DNA from: an uncultured Collinsella sp.
Lineage (GTDB): Bacteria > Actinomycetota > Coriobacteriia > Coriobacteriales > Coriobacteriaceae
Length of the DNA: 64,000 bases
Direction: 5' to 3'
Assembly (NCBI GenBank): GCA_902469055.1
Contig: CABRBC010000009.1
Coordinates: 16,655-80,654 of the forward strand
Shown here: in pieces, positions 26,209 through 35,466 of the stretch
Numbering within the stretch: position 1 is the first letter of the stretch
How the letters are laid out: each line of letters starts with the position of its first letter
Made by a program: the position numbers and the translations under genes
Notes under the pieces: generated by a model
Seen by the model: the letters and a program-made list of their open reading frames with translations, nothing else
Database searches by the model: none
What the model was told of the DNA's origin: nothing

Positions 26209-28866
26209 TTAGGCGCCGAGCGCGGTCTTAGCGGCCGCGAGGGCATCGGCGATGCCGGCAGCATTCTTGCCACCGGCCTGGGCCATGTTGGGACGACCGC
26301 CACCGCGACCGTCGACCAGACCCGCGATCTGCTTGATCACGTTACCGGCGTGGAAACCGGCCTTGACGGCGTCATCAGAGCCGGCAGCGAGCAGGGCCGG
26401 AGTGCCCTTCTCAGTCACGCTGGCGACGACACAAGCGACAGGGCCGGCGACCTTCTGATGCACGGTATCCCATACGTTGCGCAGGTCGGCAGCCTCAAGG
26501 CCCTGGAGCTCAGCGACAACGAGCTTATAGCCGTCGAGCTCGACGGCGCCCTCGATGGCGCTGGAGATGGCGTCGGAGGAGCCACCGGTCAGAGCCTTTT
26601 TGAGCTTATTGGACGTCTCGCGCAGCTCGGCCTGCAGGTTCTCCACACGAGCGGGAACCTCATCCACGCGGCACTTGAGCGCAGCGGCGGCGGCGTCAAC
26701 GAGTGCCAGGCGGTCGGCCATATAGTCGAGGGCACCCTTAGAGGTCACGGCCTCGATACGGCGGACATTGGAGCCCGTGGAGGACTCGGAAATGATCTTG
26801 AACAGGCCGATCTCGGCGGTGTTGGCAGCGTGTGTGCCACCGCAGAGTTCGCGGGAGAACGGCTGGTCCTCAGCGCCCACGGAGACAACGCGGACGACGT
26901 CGCCGTACTTCTCTCCAAACAGAGCGACAGCGCCGGCAGCCTTAGCCTCGTCGATGCCCATGACACGGGTCACGACCGGCTTGGAAGCGAAGATCTGCTG
27001 GTTGACCAGGTCCTCGACAGCCTTGAGCTGCTCGGAGGACAGGGCCTCGAAGTGCGTAAAGTCAAAGCGCAGGTGCTCGGGCGTCACCAGCGAGCCGGCC
27101 TGGGAGACGTGCTCGCCCAGGACCTGCTTAAGGGCGGCGTCGAGCAGGTGCGTGGCGGTGTGGTTGCGGCGCAGGAAGCCACGGCGCTCGGCGTCGAGCG
27201 CGGCGGTCACGGTAGCACCGACGGCCAGCGTGCCCTCGGCAATGTGGGCGACGTGAGCATACAGGCCGTTGTGGTTCTTGGTATCGGAAACGGTCAGCGA
27301 AACGCCCTCGGCGGAAAGCTCGCCGGCATCGCCCTGCTGGCCACCCATCTCGGCATAGAACGGAGTGCGGTCGAGAACGACCTCGACGTCCTCGCCGGCG
27401 GCAGCGGACTCGACGGACTCGCCGTTGCGCACGATGGCAACAACCTTGGCGCCCTCGATCGCATCGTTGTCATAGCCGTCGAACTCAGTCGCGGCGACCT
27501 TGTCGGAAAGCTCGACCCAAACGTCGTTGAAGCTGCCCCAGGCGTCGCCTTTGGCATTGGCGCGGGCGCGGGCCTTCTGGTCCTCCATGCAGGCAGTGAA
27601 GCCGTCCATATCGACATCGTGGCCAGCGGTGCCGGCGATCTCGACGGTCAGGTCGATGGGGAAACCAAAGGTGTCGTGCAGCTTAAAGGCAACGTCGCCC
27701 GGAAGCACAGCGCCCTCGGCAAGCGCTGCCAGGGCCTCGTCCAGGTAAACACGGCCGTTGTCGAGCGTCGTGGAGAAGCGCTCCTCCTCGGAGGCGACGA
27801 TACCCTTGACGAGCGCGACGTTCTTGAGCAGCTCGGGATAGGCCTCGCCCATCTGAGCGTTGACCTCGTCGATGAACTTAGTCAGGAAGGCGCCCTCGAT
27901 GCCCAGAAGGCGACCGTGGAACACGGCACGGCGGAGCAGGCGACGAAGGACGTACTCGCGGCCCTCGTTACCGGGGAGGATGCCGTCGGAAATCATAAAG
28001 TCGACGGCACGGGAGTGATCGGCGATGATTCGCAGCGAGCGGCTGGCACCGGAGTAATCGTCGGCGTCATAGGTCTTACCGCTGATCTCCTCGCCCAGCT
28101 TGATGAGATGCTGCATCAGGTCGCCGTCGTAATTGGCGGTCTTGTGCTGCATGATGGCGGCCATGCGCTCCAGACCCATGCCCGTATCGAGGTTACGGTG
28201 TGGCAGCTCCGGCATGGAGCCGTCCTCCTGGCGGTCGTACTGGGTAAACACGAGGTTCCAGAACTCAAGGAAGCGGTCGCAGTCGCAGCCGGGCTTGCAG
28301 TCGGGGCTACCGCAGCCGACTTCCTCGCCCATGTCAAAGTAGATCTCGGAGCACGGACCGCAGGGGCCGGTGGGGCCAGCAGCCCAGAAGTTATCGTCCT
28401 CGCCCAGGCGAGAGATGTGGTCCTCGGCAACGCCCAGAGAGCGCCACACGTCGTGGGTCTCGTCATCCTCGGTAAAGACGGTAAAGTACAGGCGGTCGAG
28501 CGGCAGCTTGAACTCCTTGGTGATGAGCTCGAAGGCCCAGGCGCAAGCCTGCTCCTTGGAGACGCCGCCAAAGGAGAAGTCACCGAGCATCTCGAAGAAC
28601 GACAGATGACGGCCGTCCTCGCCGATGCAGTCGATGTCGTTGGTGCGGACGCACTTCTGGCAGGAGATCGCGCCGATCTCCTTCATGGTCTTCTTGCCCT
28701 GATAGTACTCCTTAAACTGGTTCATGCCAGCGTTAGCAAGCAGCAGCGAAGGATCGTCGGGTACAAGAGACGAAGAAGGATAGAGCTTAAGGCCGCGCTC
28801 CTCAAAGAAGTTGAGGAACTTAGAGCGAATCTCGGCCGTTGTCATTGACGGGTAGTCAGCACTCAT
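26209..28866 (-). CDS. alaS: Alanine--tRNA ligase
   Basis: Class II core, editing domain (HxxxH...CGGTH) and C-terminal DHHA1-like domain. Start at MSADYP with RBS GAGGAG (the ORF track is 30 codons longer). Confidence 0.9.
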   Translation of the reverse strand: MSADYPSMTTAEIRSKFLNFFEERGLKLYPSSSLVPDDPSLLLANAGMNQFKEYYQGKKTMKEIGAISCQKCVRTNDIDCIGEDGRHLSFFEMLGDFSFGGVSKEQACAWAFELITKEFKLPLDRLYFTVFTEDDETHDVWRSLGVAEDHISRLGEDDNFWAAGPTGPCGPCSEIYFDMGEEVGCGSPDCKPGCDCDRFLEFWNLVFTQYDRQEDGSMPELPHRNLDTGMGLERMAAIMQHKTANYDGDLMQHLIKLGEEISGKTYDADDYSGASRSLRIIADHSRAVDFMISDGILPGNEGREYVLRRLLRRAVFHGRLLGIEGAFLTKFIDEVNAQMGEAYPELLKNVALVKGIVASEEERFSTTLDNGRVYLDEALAALAEGAVLPGDVAFKLHDTFGFPIDLTVEIAGTAGHDVDMDGFTACMEDQKARARANAKGDAWGSFNDVWVELSDKVAATEFDGYDNDAIEGAKVVAIVRNGESVESAAAGEDVEVVLDRTPFYAEMGGQQGDAGELSAEGVSLTVSDTKNHNGLYAHVAHIAEGTLAVGATVTAALDAERRGFLRRNHTATHLLDAALKQVLGEHVSQAGSLVTPEHLRFDFTHFEALSSEQLKAVEDLVNQQIFASKPVVTRVMGIDEAKAAGAVALFGEKYGDVVRVVSVGAEDQPFSRELCGGTHAANTAEIGLFKIISESSTGSNVRRIEAVTSKGALDYMADRLALVDAAAAALKCRVDEVPARVENLQAELRETSNKLKKALTGGSSDAISSAIEGAVELDGYKLVVAELQGLEAADLRNVWDTVHQKVAGPVACVVASVTEKGTPALLAAGSDDAVKAGFHAGNVIKQIAGLVDGRGGGRPNMAQAGGKNAAGIADALAAAKTALGA

Positions 28867-28937
28867 AGAGGGAATCTCCTCGGTTTCACATCGAAACAGT
28901 TCAAACGTAACGATATTACCATCCCACCGCGCAAGTG

Positions 28938-28970
28938 CAAAAAAGAGGGCCGGCACAATGCCGGCCCTTC
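28938..28970 (-). terminator. Rho-independent terminator downstream of the AI-2E transporter gene
   Basis: Minus-strand reading: aagggccggcattgtgccggccctc hairpin then TTTTTTG. Confidence 0.55.
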
Positions 28971-29018
28971 AGCGAAATTGCATGTTAGCGCGTATGAATA
29001 TTAATCCGAATTACCCCG

Positions 29019-30428
29019 CTAGTTGTCATCATCGTCCATGGAGCCGTCGATGCCGGTTTTGGTATCGTCGTCCGAGTTGGAGTCATCGTCCTTGGCAAAG
29101 GGGTTCTTGAAGAAGCCCGTGGCATCGGGTTGCAAACCCGAGAGCTTGATCCAGGGATTATCGAGCTCGGGTTTGGGCATGGCCTGGGCCTCGGGCGCGG
29201 TCTCGTTGCCGATGAGCTCGGACTCGTAGATGAAGGTGTCGTCGCCGAGCGCGTCGTAGGCGGCGACCGGGTTGCCATCGGCATCGCGGTACGGTGTGCC
29301 CTTAAACACGGCGCCGTCATAGGCCACAAGCTGGCGGCCGGTCTCATTCTCGAAGTAGTACACGAAGATACCCTTGAGGGCCGCACATAGCGGGATGGCA
29401 ATAATCATGCCGATGGGGCCCATGAGTGCCGAGCCAATAACGAGCGCCGTGAGGCTCATGATGGGATGCACCTGCACCGAGCTCTGCATAACCTTAGGCG
29501 AAATCACGTTATCGGTGACGTTTTGCGCGACCATCGTCACGATGAGCGTCCATAACGCCAACATGGGACTGAACATGAAGCCGAGTACCGTGGCGATTGC
29601 TGCGCTCACCCAGGGACCGACGACCGGAACCAAATGCATGATGCCGGTAAAGATAGCCATGAGCGCCGCATACGGATGACCGATGATCAAAAAACCGATA
29701 AAGGCGAGGAAACCACCGCAGATGGACGTCACGACCATACCGCGCATGTAGCCGCCGACAGAGCGAGAAAGGATGGCGACCATAAAGCGGTACGAGGTCT
29801 CCTTCTCCTGACCGATGATGGTGCAAATCTCGTGATGCATGCGAGGGTAGTCGCAGGCCATCCAGTAGGCAAGCACCAGACCAAGGAAGATCACGAACAA
29901 CTGCGAGGCCGTATTGGTGATGAGCGGGAACACACCGCGACCAAGCTCGGCAGCAATCTGAGACACATACTTCGATGCCACGGTAACCAGGGACGAAAGA
30001 TTATCGTCCAAATACTCCTTGAGCGGCGTGTTGTTGAGCGTCTTGGCATGCGAAATCATCTCATTGAGATCGCCACCCGCAACACGAAGCTGCTCGGGCA
30101 GGCGGCTCAGGACTTCCATGATCTGACCAAAGAGAATCGGCGACAAGATGCAAACGACACCGACGAGCACGGCAACAACAACAATAAGCGCGATAAGCGA
30201 ACCGATGCCGCGATTCACGCCATGGTGCTCGAGCCAGTTGGTGATCGGGGACATCACAAAAGCAATGATGGAGCCGACGGCAAGAAACTCAATAACCGGT
30301 GCCAGGATGCCCATAAGGTTAAAGATGACAGCAGCAATAACAATGCAGCCGACAACAGCCCAAATGCGCAGCGTCAGAATGCGGGTGTCGCGCAGCACGC
30401 GATCGGTTTGTTGGGGGTGCTCACTCAT
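29019..30428 (-). CDS. AI-2E (PerM/UPF0118) family transporter with an acidic C-terminal tail
   Basis: 8-TM AI-2E topology with an Asp-rich C-terminus (DDDSNSDDD...DDDDN). 4 nt overlap with the sigma factor gene upstream. Confidence 0.8.
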   Translation of the reverse strand: MSEHPQQTDRVLRDTRILTLRIWAVVGCIVIAAVIFNLMGILAPVIEFLAVGSIIAFVMSPITNWLEHHGVNRGIGSLIALIVVVAVLVGVVCILSPILFGQIMEVLSRLPEQLRVAGGDLNEMISHAKTLNNTPLKEYLDDNLSSLVTVASKYVSQIAAELGRGVFPLITNTASQLFVIFLGLVLAYWMACDYPRMHHEICTIIGQEKETSYRFMVAILSRSVGGYMRGMVVTSICGGFLAFIGFLIIGHPYAALMAIFTGIMHLVPVVGPWVSAAIATVLGFMFSPMLALWTLIVTMVAQNVTDNVISPKVMQSSVQVHPIMSLTALVIGSALMGPIGMIIAIPLCAALKGIFVYYFENETGRQLVAYDGAVFKGTPYRDADGNPVAAYDALGDDTFIYESELIGNETAPEAQAMPKPELDNPWIKLSGLQPDATGFFKNPFAKDDDSNSDDDTKTGIDGSMDDDDN

Positions 30429-31216
30429 GAACGAATCATCACTCCGTCGGGGTCGATCTTGTCCTGAATCTTCTTAAGCGTGCGGCGCAGCAGACGCGAA
30501 ACCTGCACCTGAGAAATACCCAGCTTCTTGGCGATCTCGATCTGTGTCATGCCCTTCACAAAGCGCAGCTCGATCACCTCGCGCTCGCGCGGCGAGAAAT
30601 CACGGATGGCTTCCTCGATCACTAGGCGGTCATCGGTAAAGTCGAGCTCGTTGTCGTCGTCGGCGTAACGGTCGAGAATCGAGGGGGCATCGTCCGAATC
30701 GGACGCACCAGGAGCCTCGATGGGCACCGAGGTATAGGCCGAAGACGATTCCATGGCCTCCAGCACCTCATCGACCGTCACGTCCAAGTACTCAGCGATC
30801 TCCTCAACCTTAGGCGAGCGCTGTAGCTCGTTGGTGAGCTTATCGGTAGCCTGGTTGACCTTGGCCGAGAGCTCCTGCAAGCGACGGGGCACGCGCACGC
30901 TCCAGCCCTTGTCGCGGAAGTGACGCTTAATCTCGCCCAAGATGGTAGGCGTGGCAAACGTGGTGAACTCGAGTCCGCGCTCAGGGTCAAAGCGGTCGAT
31001 AGCCTTGAGCAGGCCCAAATAACCAACCTGCATCAGGTCATCGAGCGGCTCGCCGCGGTTCTTAAACTTGTTGGCAAGAAACCTTACCAGGTTCATGTGG
31101 GACATGACGAGCTGCTCGCGTGCGTCCGGGTCACCGGTCTCTTTATAGCGACGAAACAGCTCGCGGGTTTTCTCCTTGTCCCAAGCGGTCTTACCGCTCC
31201 GGGAACGTTCGGTCAT
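30425..31216 (-). CDS. Group-3 RNA polymerase sigma factor (SigB/SigF/SigG family)
   Basis: Region 2 (DLMQVGYLGLLKAIDRFDP...FATPTILGEIKRHFRD), region 3 and region 4 helix-turn-helix (MTQIEIAKKLGISQVQVSRLLRR). Confidence 0.85.
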   Translation of the reverse strand: MTERSRSGKTAWDKEKTRELFRRYKETGDPDAREQLVMSHMNLVRFLANKFKNRGEPLDDLMQVGYLGLLKAIDRFDPERGLEFTTFATPTILGEIKRHFRDKGWSVRVPRRLQELSAKVNQATDKLTNELQRSPKVEEIAEYLDVTVDEVLEAMESSSAYTSVPIEAPGASDSDDAPSILDRYADDDNELDFTDDRLVIEEAIRDFSPREREVIELRFVKGMTQIEIAKKLGISQVQVSRLLRRTLKKIQDKIDPDGVMIRS

Positions 31217-31217
31217 A

Positions 31218-31595
31218 TTAGATATCCGCCTTGAGGTCGAGGGAAAGCGTCAGGGGCGCCGTAGTCTTTTCGTAGGAGTCGCACACGCTCGCGAGGATGA
31301 GCTCGGCATACACCGCAGCCTGGTCGTCTTCATCGACCGTAGCCTGGTCGCCAAAGGTAATAGTCATGCCAACGTGGGTCTCATCGACATCGAATTTGAT
31401 GGTGATGTCATCGCAGTCGACCGCGGTGCAACCAAAGATGAAAGCCTCCTCAGCAGCCATGCGGATGTCCTCGATGCGATCGACAGACATAGAGCACAGG
31501 GCACCAACGTTGGCTGCCGTCATGCGCACAAGGCGAGCGAGACGCGGGTCACCGGCAACGGTCAGCGTGATAGGGCAGTTTGCTTCGCTACTCAT
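31218..31595 (-). CDS. Anti-sigma factor, RsbW/SpoIIAB-like HATPase fold but truncated; the kinase N/G boxes are not recognisable
   Basis: About 125 aa. The N-terminus aligns in pattern with RsbW (ITLTVAGDPRLARLVRMTAANVGA...DRIEDIRMAAEEAF). It lacks the ExxNAxxH and GxGL boxes. RBS GAGGAG lies before MSSEAN, and the gene sits immediately upstream of the sigma factor. Confidence 0.5.
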   Translation of the reverse strand: MSSEANCPITLTVAGDPRLARLVRMTAANVGALCSMSVDRIEDIRMAAEEAFIFGCTAVDCDDITIKFDVDETHVGMTITFGDQATVDEDDQAAVYAELILASVCDSYEKTTAPLTLSLDLKADI

Positions 31596-32175
31596 CGCAG
31601 GACTCCTCAGAGGTCTCGGCAGGCGTATAGGTGTAATACTGAGCCGGCTTGGATACAGACTTCTGACCATCATCGTCGCCCGCGGCGGCCTCGTCCTCGC
31701 CAATTAGGACGCGCTCGGTAGGCTGCTCGGCCTCCGCAGCGGCAGCGGCGAGCTTGCGATCGGCGTCGGCTGCAGGAGCCTTCACCTTATTGAAGAGCTT
31801 CTGCACAGCACCGGCGGCAGAGTCGGTCACGCTCGACACAGCATTGCTGGCCTCGGCCATGCTGCCCGTAACCTCGGAAATGTCGCGAACCACGGCTTCG
31901 ACCTCTACGAGATTGGAGGTAAGGGCATCAACTGCCGTCTTGCTCGACTTAAGCAGCGGCTCCATCTGGGCAAGCGCCGGCGTAAGCTCATCGACAGCGC
32001 CATCGAGCTTTGCCACCACAGGCTGAGCCTCGGCGATGGTGTTGTTGAGGTCGTTCACGGTCTTATCGAGCGAGTCGACAACATTGCGGGTCTTGCGCAG
32101 GGTAAGCGCGAGCTCAGCGATGGCCCACACGCTGGCAACGGCGAGCAGCAGCAGGGCGATTTGAATGGGACTCAT
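31588..32175 (-). CDS. DUF948 (YtxH-like) general-stress-type protein with an N-terminal membrane anchor
   Basis: N-terminal TM (IALLLLAVASVWAIA), helical Ala/Glu-rich body and acidic C-terminus. Overlaps the anti-sigma start by 8 nt. Confidence 0.55.
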   Translation of the reverse strand: MSPIQIALLLLAVASVWAIAELALTLRKTRNVVDSLDKTVNDLNNTIAEAQPVVAKLDGAVDELTPALAQMEPLLKSSKTAVDALTSNLVEVEAVVRDISEVTGSMAEASNAVSSVTDSAAGAVQKLFNKVKAPAADADRKLAAAAAEAEQPTERVLIGEDEAAAGDDDGQKSVSKPAQYYTYTPAETSEESCDE

Positions 32176-32275
32176 ACAAGCCTCCCGGAAGAATCGAAAT
32201 ACAGACGCTTTTCATGGTACCCCAAAGGGGACCGAACATGCCAAGAGCAGCAACGTGGGACAAAATTATCAGCAG

Positions 32276-33643
32276 CTACCTCGGTGCATTCCCGCTGCGG
32301 TCGCGTTCGCTTTGCTCTACGCGCCACTCTTCCCAGCCGCGCCCGGCAGGCTGCCAAAATGCACCGCGTTCCAAGCCTTCGGGCAAATAGCGCTGATCGA
32401 CCCAGCCTTCGGGATAATCATGTGGATACTTATACACACCGTATTCATCGCTGCCCGGGCGATGGCGATCGCGCAGATAACTCGGCACCTCGCGAAGCCC
32501 ACTAGAATGGATATCGGCCAGCGCCGCATCGATCGAAGCCTCACACGCGTTGGATTTTGGCGCCAAGCACACATAGAGTGCAGCCTGAGCCAGGTTAATG
32601 CGGCACTCGGGATAGCCAATGACCTCGGCAGACTTAAACGCGGCATGCGCCACCAAAAGCGCCTGCGGGTCGGCGTTGCCAACATCCTCAGAAGCGTGAA
32701 TCATAATGCGGCGAGCGATAAACTTAGGATCCTCCCCAGCATCGATCATGCGCGCGAGCCAATAGATCGTGGCATCGGGGTCACTACCGCGCATGGACTT
32801 GATGAACGCACTGATGATGTCGTAGTGCATGTCGCCGTTTTTGTCATACGTAAAGCCGCGACGCGGGTTGGCAATCTTCACGTCATCCACGGTGATGGGA
32901 TAGCGCTCCCCCGCCGCAGGCGCTGGCGTTCCCTCGGTATCGGGACGCGTGACGGCAATCTCGCTCGCAAGCTCGAGCGTCGTGAGCGCCGAGCGAGCGT
33001 CACCCGCTGCCAGCGTGCAAATGGTCTTGACCGTATCCTCATCGGCCGAGAACTTTCCGTTCAAGCCCTGTGGTGCCTCGAGCGCACGCTCAATAAGCGT
33101 GGCGATATCCTCATCCTTCAGATGTTCAAGCTCCACCACGCGCCCGCGCGACAACAGTGCCGAGTTGACCTCAAAGTACGGGTTCTCTGTCGTAGCGCCA
33201 ATCATAATGACGGTACGGTTCTCAACTGCATGCAGCAGGGCATCCTGCTGCGACTTAGAGAAGCGGTGAATCTCATCGATGAATAGAATGGTGCGGCGGT
33301 CGTACGTATTCAGGCGCGTCTTGGCCTCATCAATCACACGACGCAGGTCCTTCACGGTACCCGTGACGGCGCTGACCTCAACAAACTCGCTCTTGGTATG
33401 GTTGGCGATAATGTGGGCCAGCGTCGTCTTGCCCGTACCGGCAGGCCCGTACAGAATCACGCTCGAAAGCACGTCGTGCTCGATCGCGGCACGCAGCCAT
33501 GAACCCTTACCGACGGCCTTTTGCTGGCCCACGTACTCGTCGAGCGAATTGGGGCGCATGCGCACCGCAAGCGGCGCATTCTGAAAGGAACGCTCGCGCG
33601 TCGAAGCAGAAAAAAGGTCGTCCATAGCCATCCCGTGTATCAA
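32276..33643 (-). CDS. rarA: Replication-associated recombination protein A (AAA+ ATPase RarA/MgsA)
   Basis: Walker A GPAGTGKTT, Walker B ILFIDEIHRF and a C-terminal MgsA helical domain. The true start is probably a few codons inside (MAMDDLF). Confidence 0.85.
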   Translation of the reverse strand: MIHGMAMDDLFSASTRERSFQNAPLAVRMRPNSLDEYVGQQKAVGKGSWLRAAIEHDVLSSVILYGPAGTGKTTLAHIIANHTKSEFVEVSAVTGTVKDLRRVIDEAKTRLNTYDRRTILFIDEIHRFSKSQQDALLHAVENRTVIMIGATTENPYFEVNSALLSRGRVVELEHLKDEDIATLIERALEAPQGLNGKFSADEDTVKTICTLAAGDARSALTTLELASEIAVTRPDTEGTPAPAAGERYPITVDDVKIANPRRGFTYDKNGDMHYDIISAFIKSMRGSDPDATIYWLARMIDAGEDPKFIARRIMIHASEDVGNADPQALLVAHAAFKSAEVIGYPECRINLAQAALYVCLAPKSNACEASIDAALADIHSSGLREVPSYLRDRHRPGSDEYGVYKYPHDYPEGWVDQRYLPEGLERGAFWQPAGRGWEEWRVEQSERDRSGNAPR

Positions 33644-33685
33644 TCAAAAACGTTTTCCACTAACAGTATACCGAATTAATACGAA

Positions 33686-34933
33686 CTACCGTTCGTTAAT
33701 ATAGGTACGGTGCGGAAACTCCAGACCAGGGAACAGCTTGCTCGTCAGCTCGCAGAAATAACCGTCCGTCATGCTCGCGATATAATCCACCACGGCTTGA
33801 TCCTTGTCGTCCTGCCAGGCATAGGTGCGATCATAGTAGGAAAGCTGCTGCTCAATGCGCGAAATATGGTGCTTAAAGATGTAAGAGGACTCGTCGCCAC
33901 TGTTTAGATCCCACAGGCAACGGTCGTAGAGCTTTACGAACGCCTCGCGCAGCTCCGCCTCGGAATCGCCTTCGATACCGCCCTTGCTATAGATCTTCTC
34001 GTAGTTCTCGCGCTTGGCTCGGCGAATTTCCTCAAACAGGTCCTCGCTCATCTCGATGCGCGGGTTACCATAGCTGTGCTCAACGATATCGATGGAGGCA
34101 TGCGTGAGGATCCAACTGTTGTAGGCACCGCCCCGGCCATCATCAAAAGCGTCGGGTGACAGCAGGCCCGCCGCGATCGCATCCTGACGGTCACGACCGA
34201 CGTAGGCAAGAATATCCGAGATGCGAACGACGCAGCCCTCGAGCGTCATGGGACGCAGATGCTCAATTGCGCTATAGCCCGTGGCAATGCAATCCTCAAC
34301 CGTCTGGTCAAACTGGTCAAAGGAGCCCATGTCCGAGAGCTCAAACTCGCGCTGCTCGTACTCGCCGTTATGGCATAGCACGCCGTCGAGCGTCTGGAGC
34401 GACACGTTGCGGCCATACAACGCGTCGAGCACGCGAACCGACTGCACGTTATGGAAAAAATAACGCCCCGTACGCTCATGATAGATATCGTTGAGGAAGC
34501 GCTCGCCGGCATGGCCGAAAGGCGTGTGTCCCAAGTCGTGACCCAGGCCAATCGCCTCGATCAGATCGCAATTGAGCCCCAGGGCGCGACCGATATCGCG
34601 CGCAATGCGGGAGACAAGCTGTACGTGCAAACCGCGGCGTGAAAGATCATCATTGCTACGGAAGCTAAAGACCTGCGTTTTGCCTGCATAACGGGTGTAC
34701 GCCGGAAGATGAAGTATCTTTTCGGTATCGCGCATAAACGCCGGACGCATAAGCGTGCCTTTGTCGGCGGCGCGATCAATACGACGAATGACCTGATCAT
34801 CGTTGCAACGATACGGGTTGACATAGCCCGAAGCACGATCGGCGGCAATGCGCTCGACAAGCTCGGGCGACAACGCCGAGGGAATACGGTCCATGCGCGC
34901 CTTAATGACGGCCGTTTCTTGATTAGATTCCAT
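33686..34933 (-). CDS. dgt: dGTP triphosphohydrolase-like HD-domain protein
   Basis: HD motif GLGHDLGHTPFGHAGE. About 415 aa with the start at MESNQ. Confidence 0.8.
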   Translation of the reverse strand: MESNQETAVIKARMDRIPSALSPELVERIAADRASGYVNPYRCNDDQVIRRIDRAADKGTLMRPAFMRDTEKILHLPAYTRYAGKTQVFSFRSNDDLSRRGLHVQLVSRIARDIGRALGLNCDLIEAIGLGHDLGHTPFGHAGERFLNDIYHERTGRYFFHNVQSVRVLDALYGRNVSLQTLDGVLCHNGEYEQREFELSDMGSFDQFDQTVEDCIATGYSAIEHLRPMTLEGCVVRISDILAYVGRDRQDAIAAGLLSPDAFDDGRGGAYNSWILTHASIDIVEHSYGNPRIEMSEDLFEEIRRAKRENYEKIYSKGGIEGDSEAELREAFVKLYDRCLWDLNSGDESSYIFKHHISRIEQQLSYYDRTYAWQDDKDQAVVDYIASMTDGYFCELTSKLFPGLEFPHRTYINER

Positions 34934-34964
34934 GGCATGCTCCTTAAAAAGGATGCGCAATCGG

Positions 34965-35387
34965 TTACAAAGTGCAGCCCACGACCTCGATTATGGCAAA
35001 AATCGGCACTAAAAACGGGAGCAATGGCAGGGAGCGCGATTTTGCGAAGAGGCAGGAGAGGGCCAGGGCCAGGAGTGCGACGGCAAATGCCACGATGCCA
35101 CCCATAGGGTCGAGCGTGCAAAGCGCGAAGAGCGCCTTGGCATCCCCCATGCCGATGCCCGGGATTTGGCGAAGACGACGCCAGAAGGACTCACTCAGCA
35201 CGAGAGTAAGATACACAATGACGGCAAGGCCCGCGTGGTCAAGCGCCGTGTTAACGCCCTTGTCGAGCCAAACGCCCGCAAGCGCCGCCACGGCACACGC
35301 GCCGGCAAGCTCATTGGGAAAGCGTCGCTCACGGGCATCAATCGCCGCGCCGGCAAAGATGCAAATCCAAAACGGGATATAGACCAT
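34965..35387 (-). CDS. Type IV prepilin peptidase, A24 family (short TadV/CpaA type)
   Basis: Catalytic Asp motifs AIDARERRFPNE and GMGDAKAL, four or five TM helices. Start MVYIPFW with RBS GAGGGGG. Confidence 0.65.
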   Translation of the reverse strand: MVYIPFWICIFAGAAIDARERRFPNELAGACAVAALAGVWLDKGVNTALDHAGLAVIVYLTLVLSESFWRRLRQIPGIGMGDAKALFALCTLDPMGGIVAFAVALLALALSCLFAKSRSLPLLPFLVPIFAIIEVVGCTL

Positions 35388-35466
35388 CGAAACCCCCTCA
35401 ACTGAGCGCTCAGATGCAAATACCACCACAAAGGTCCTATCCCCTTTGTGGTGGTTTTAATCGTGG

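Noticed and set aside
26350-28848. 832 aa plus-strand ORF
   Set aside because: Antisense shadow ORF of alaS.
32165-33286. 373 aa plus-strand ORF
   Set aside because: Antisense to rarA and spans an intergenic region. No motifs.
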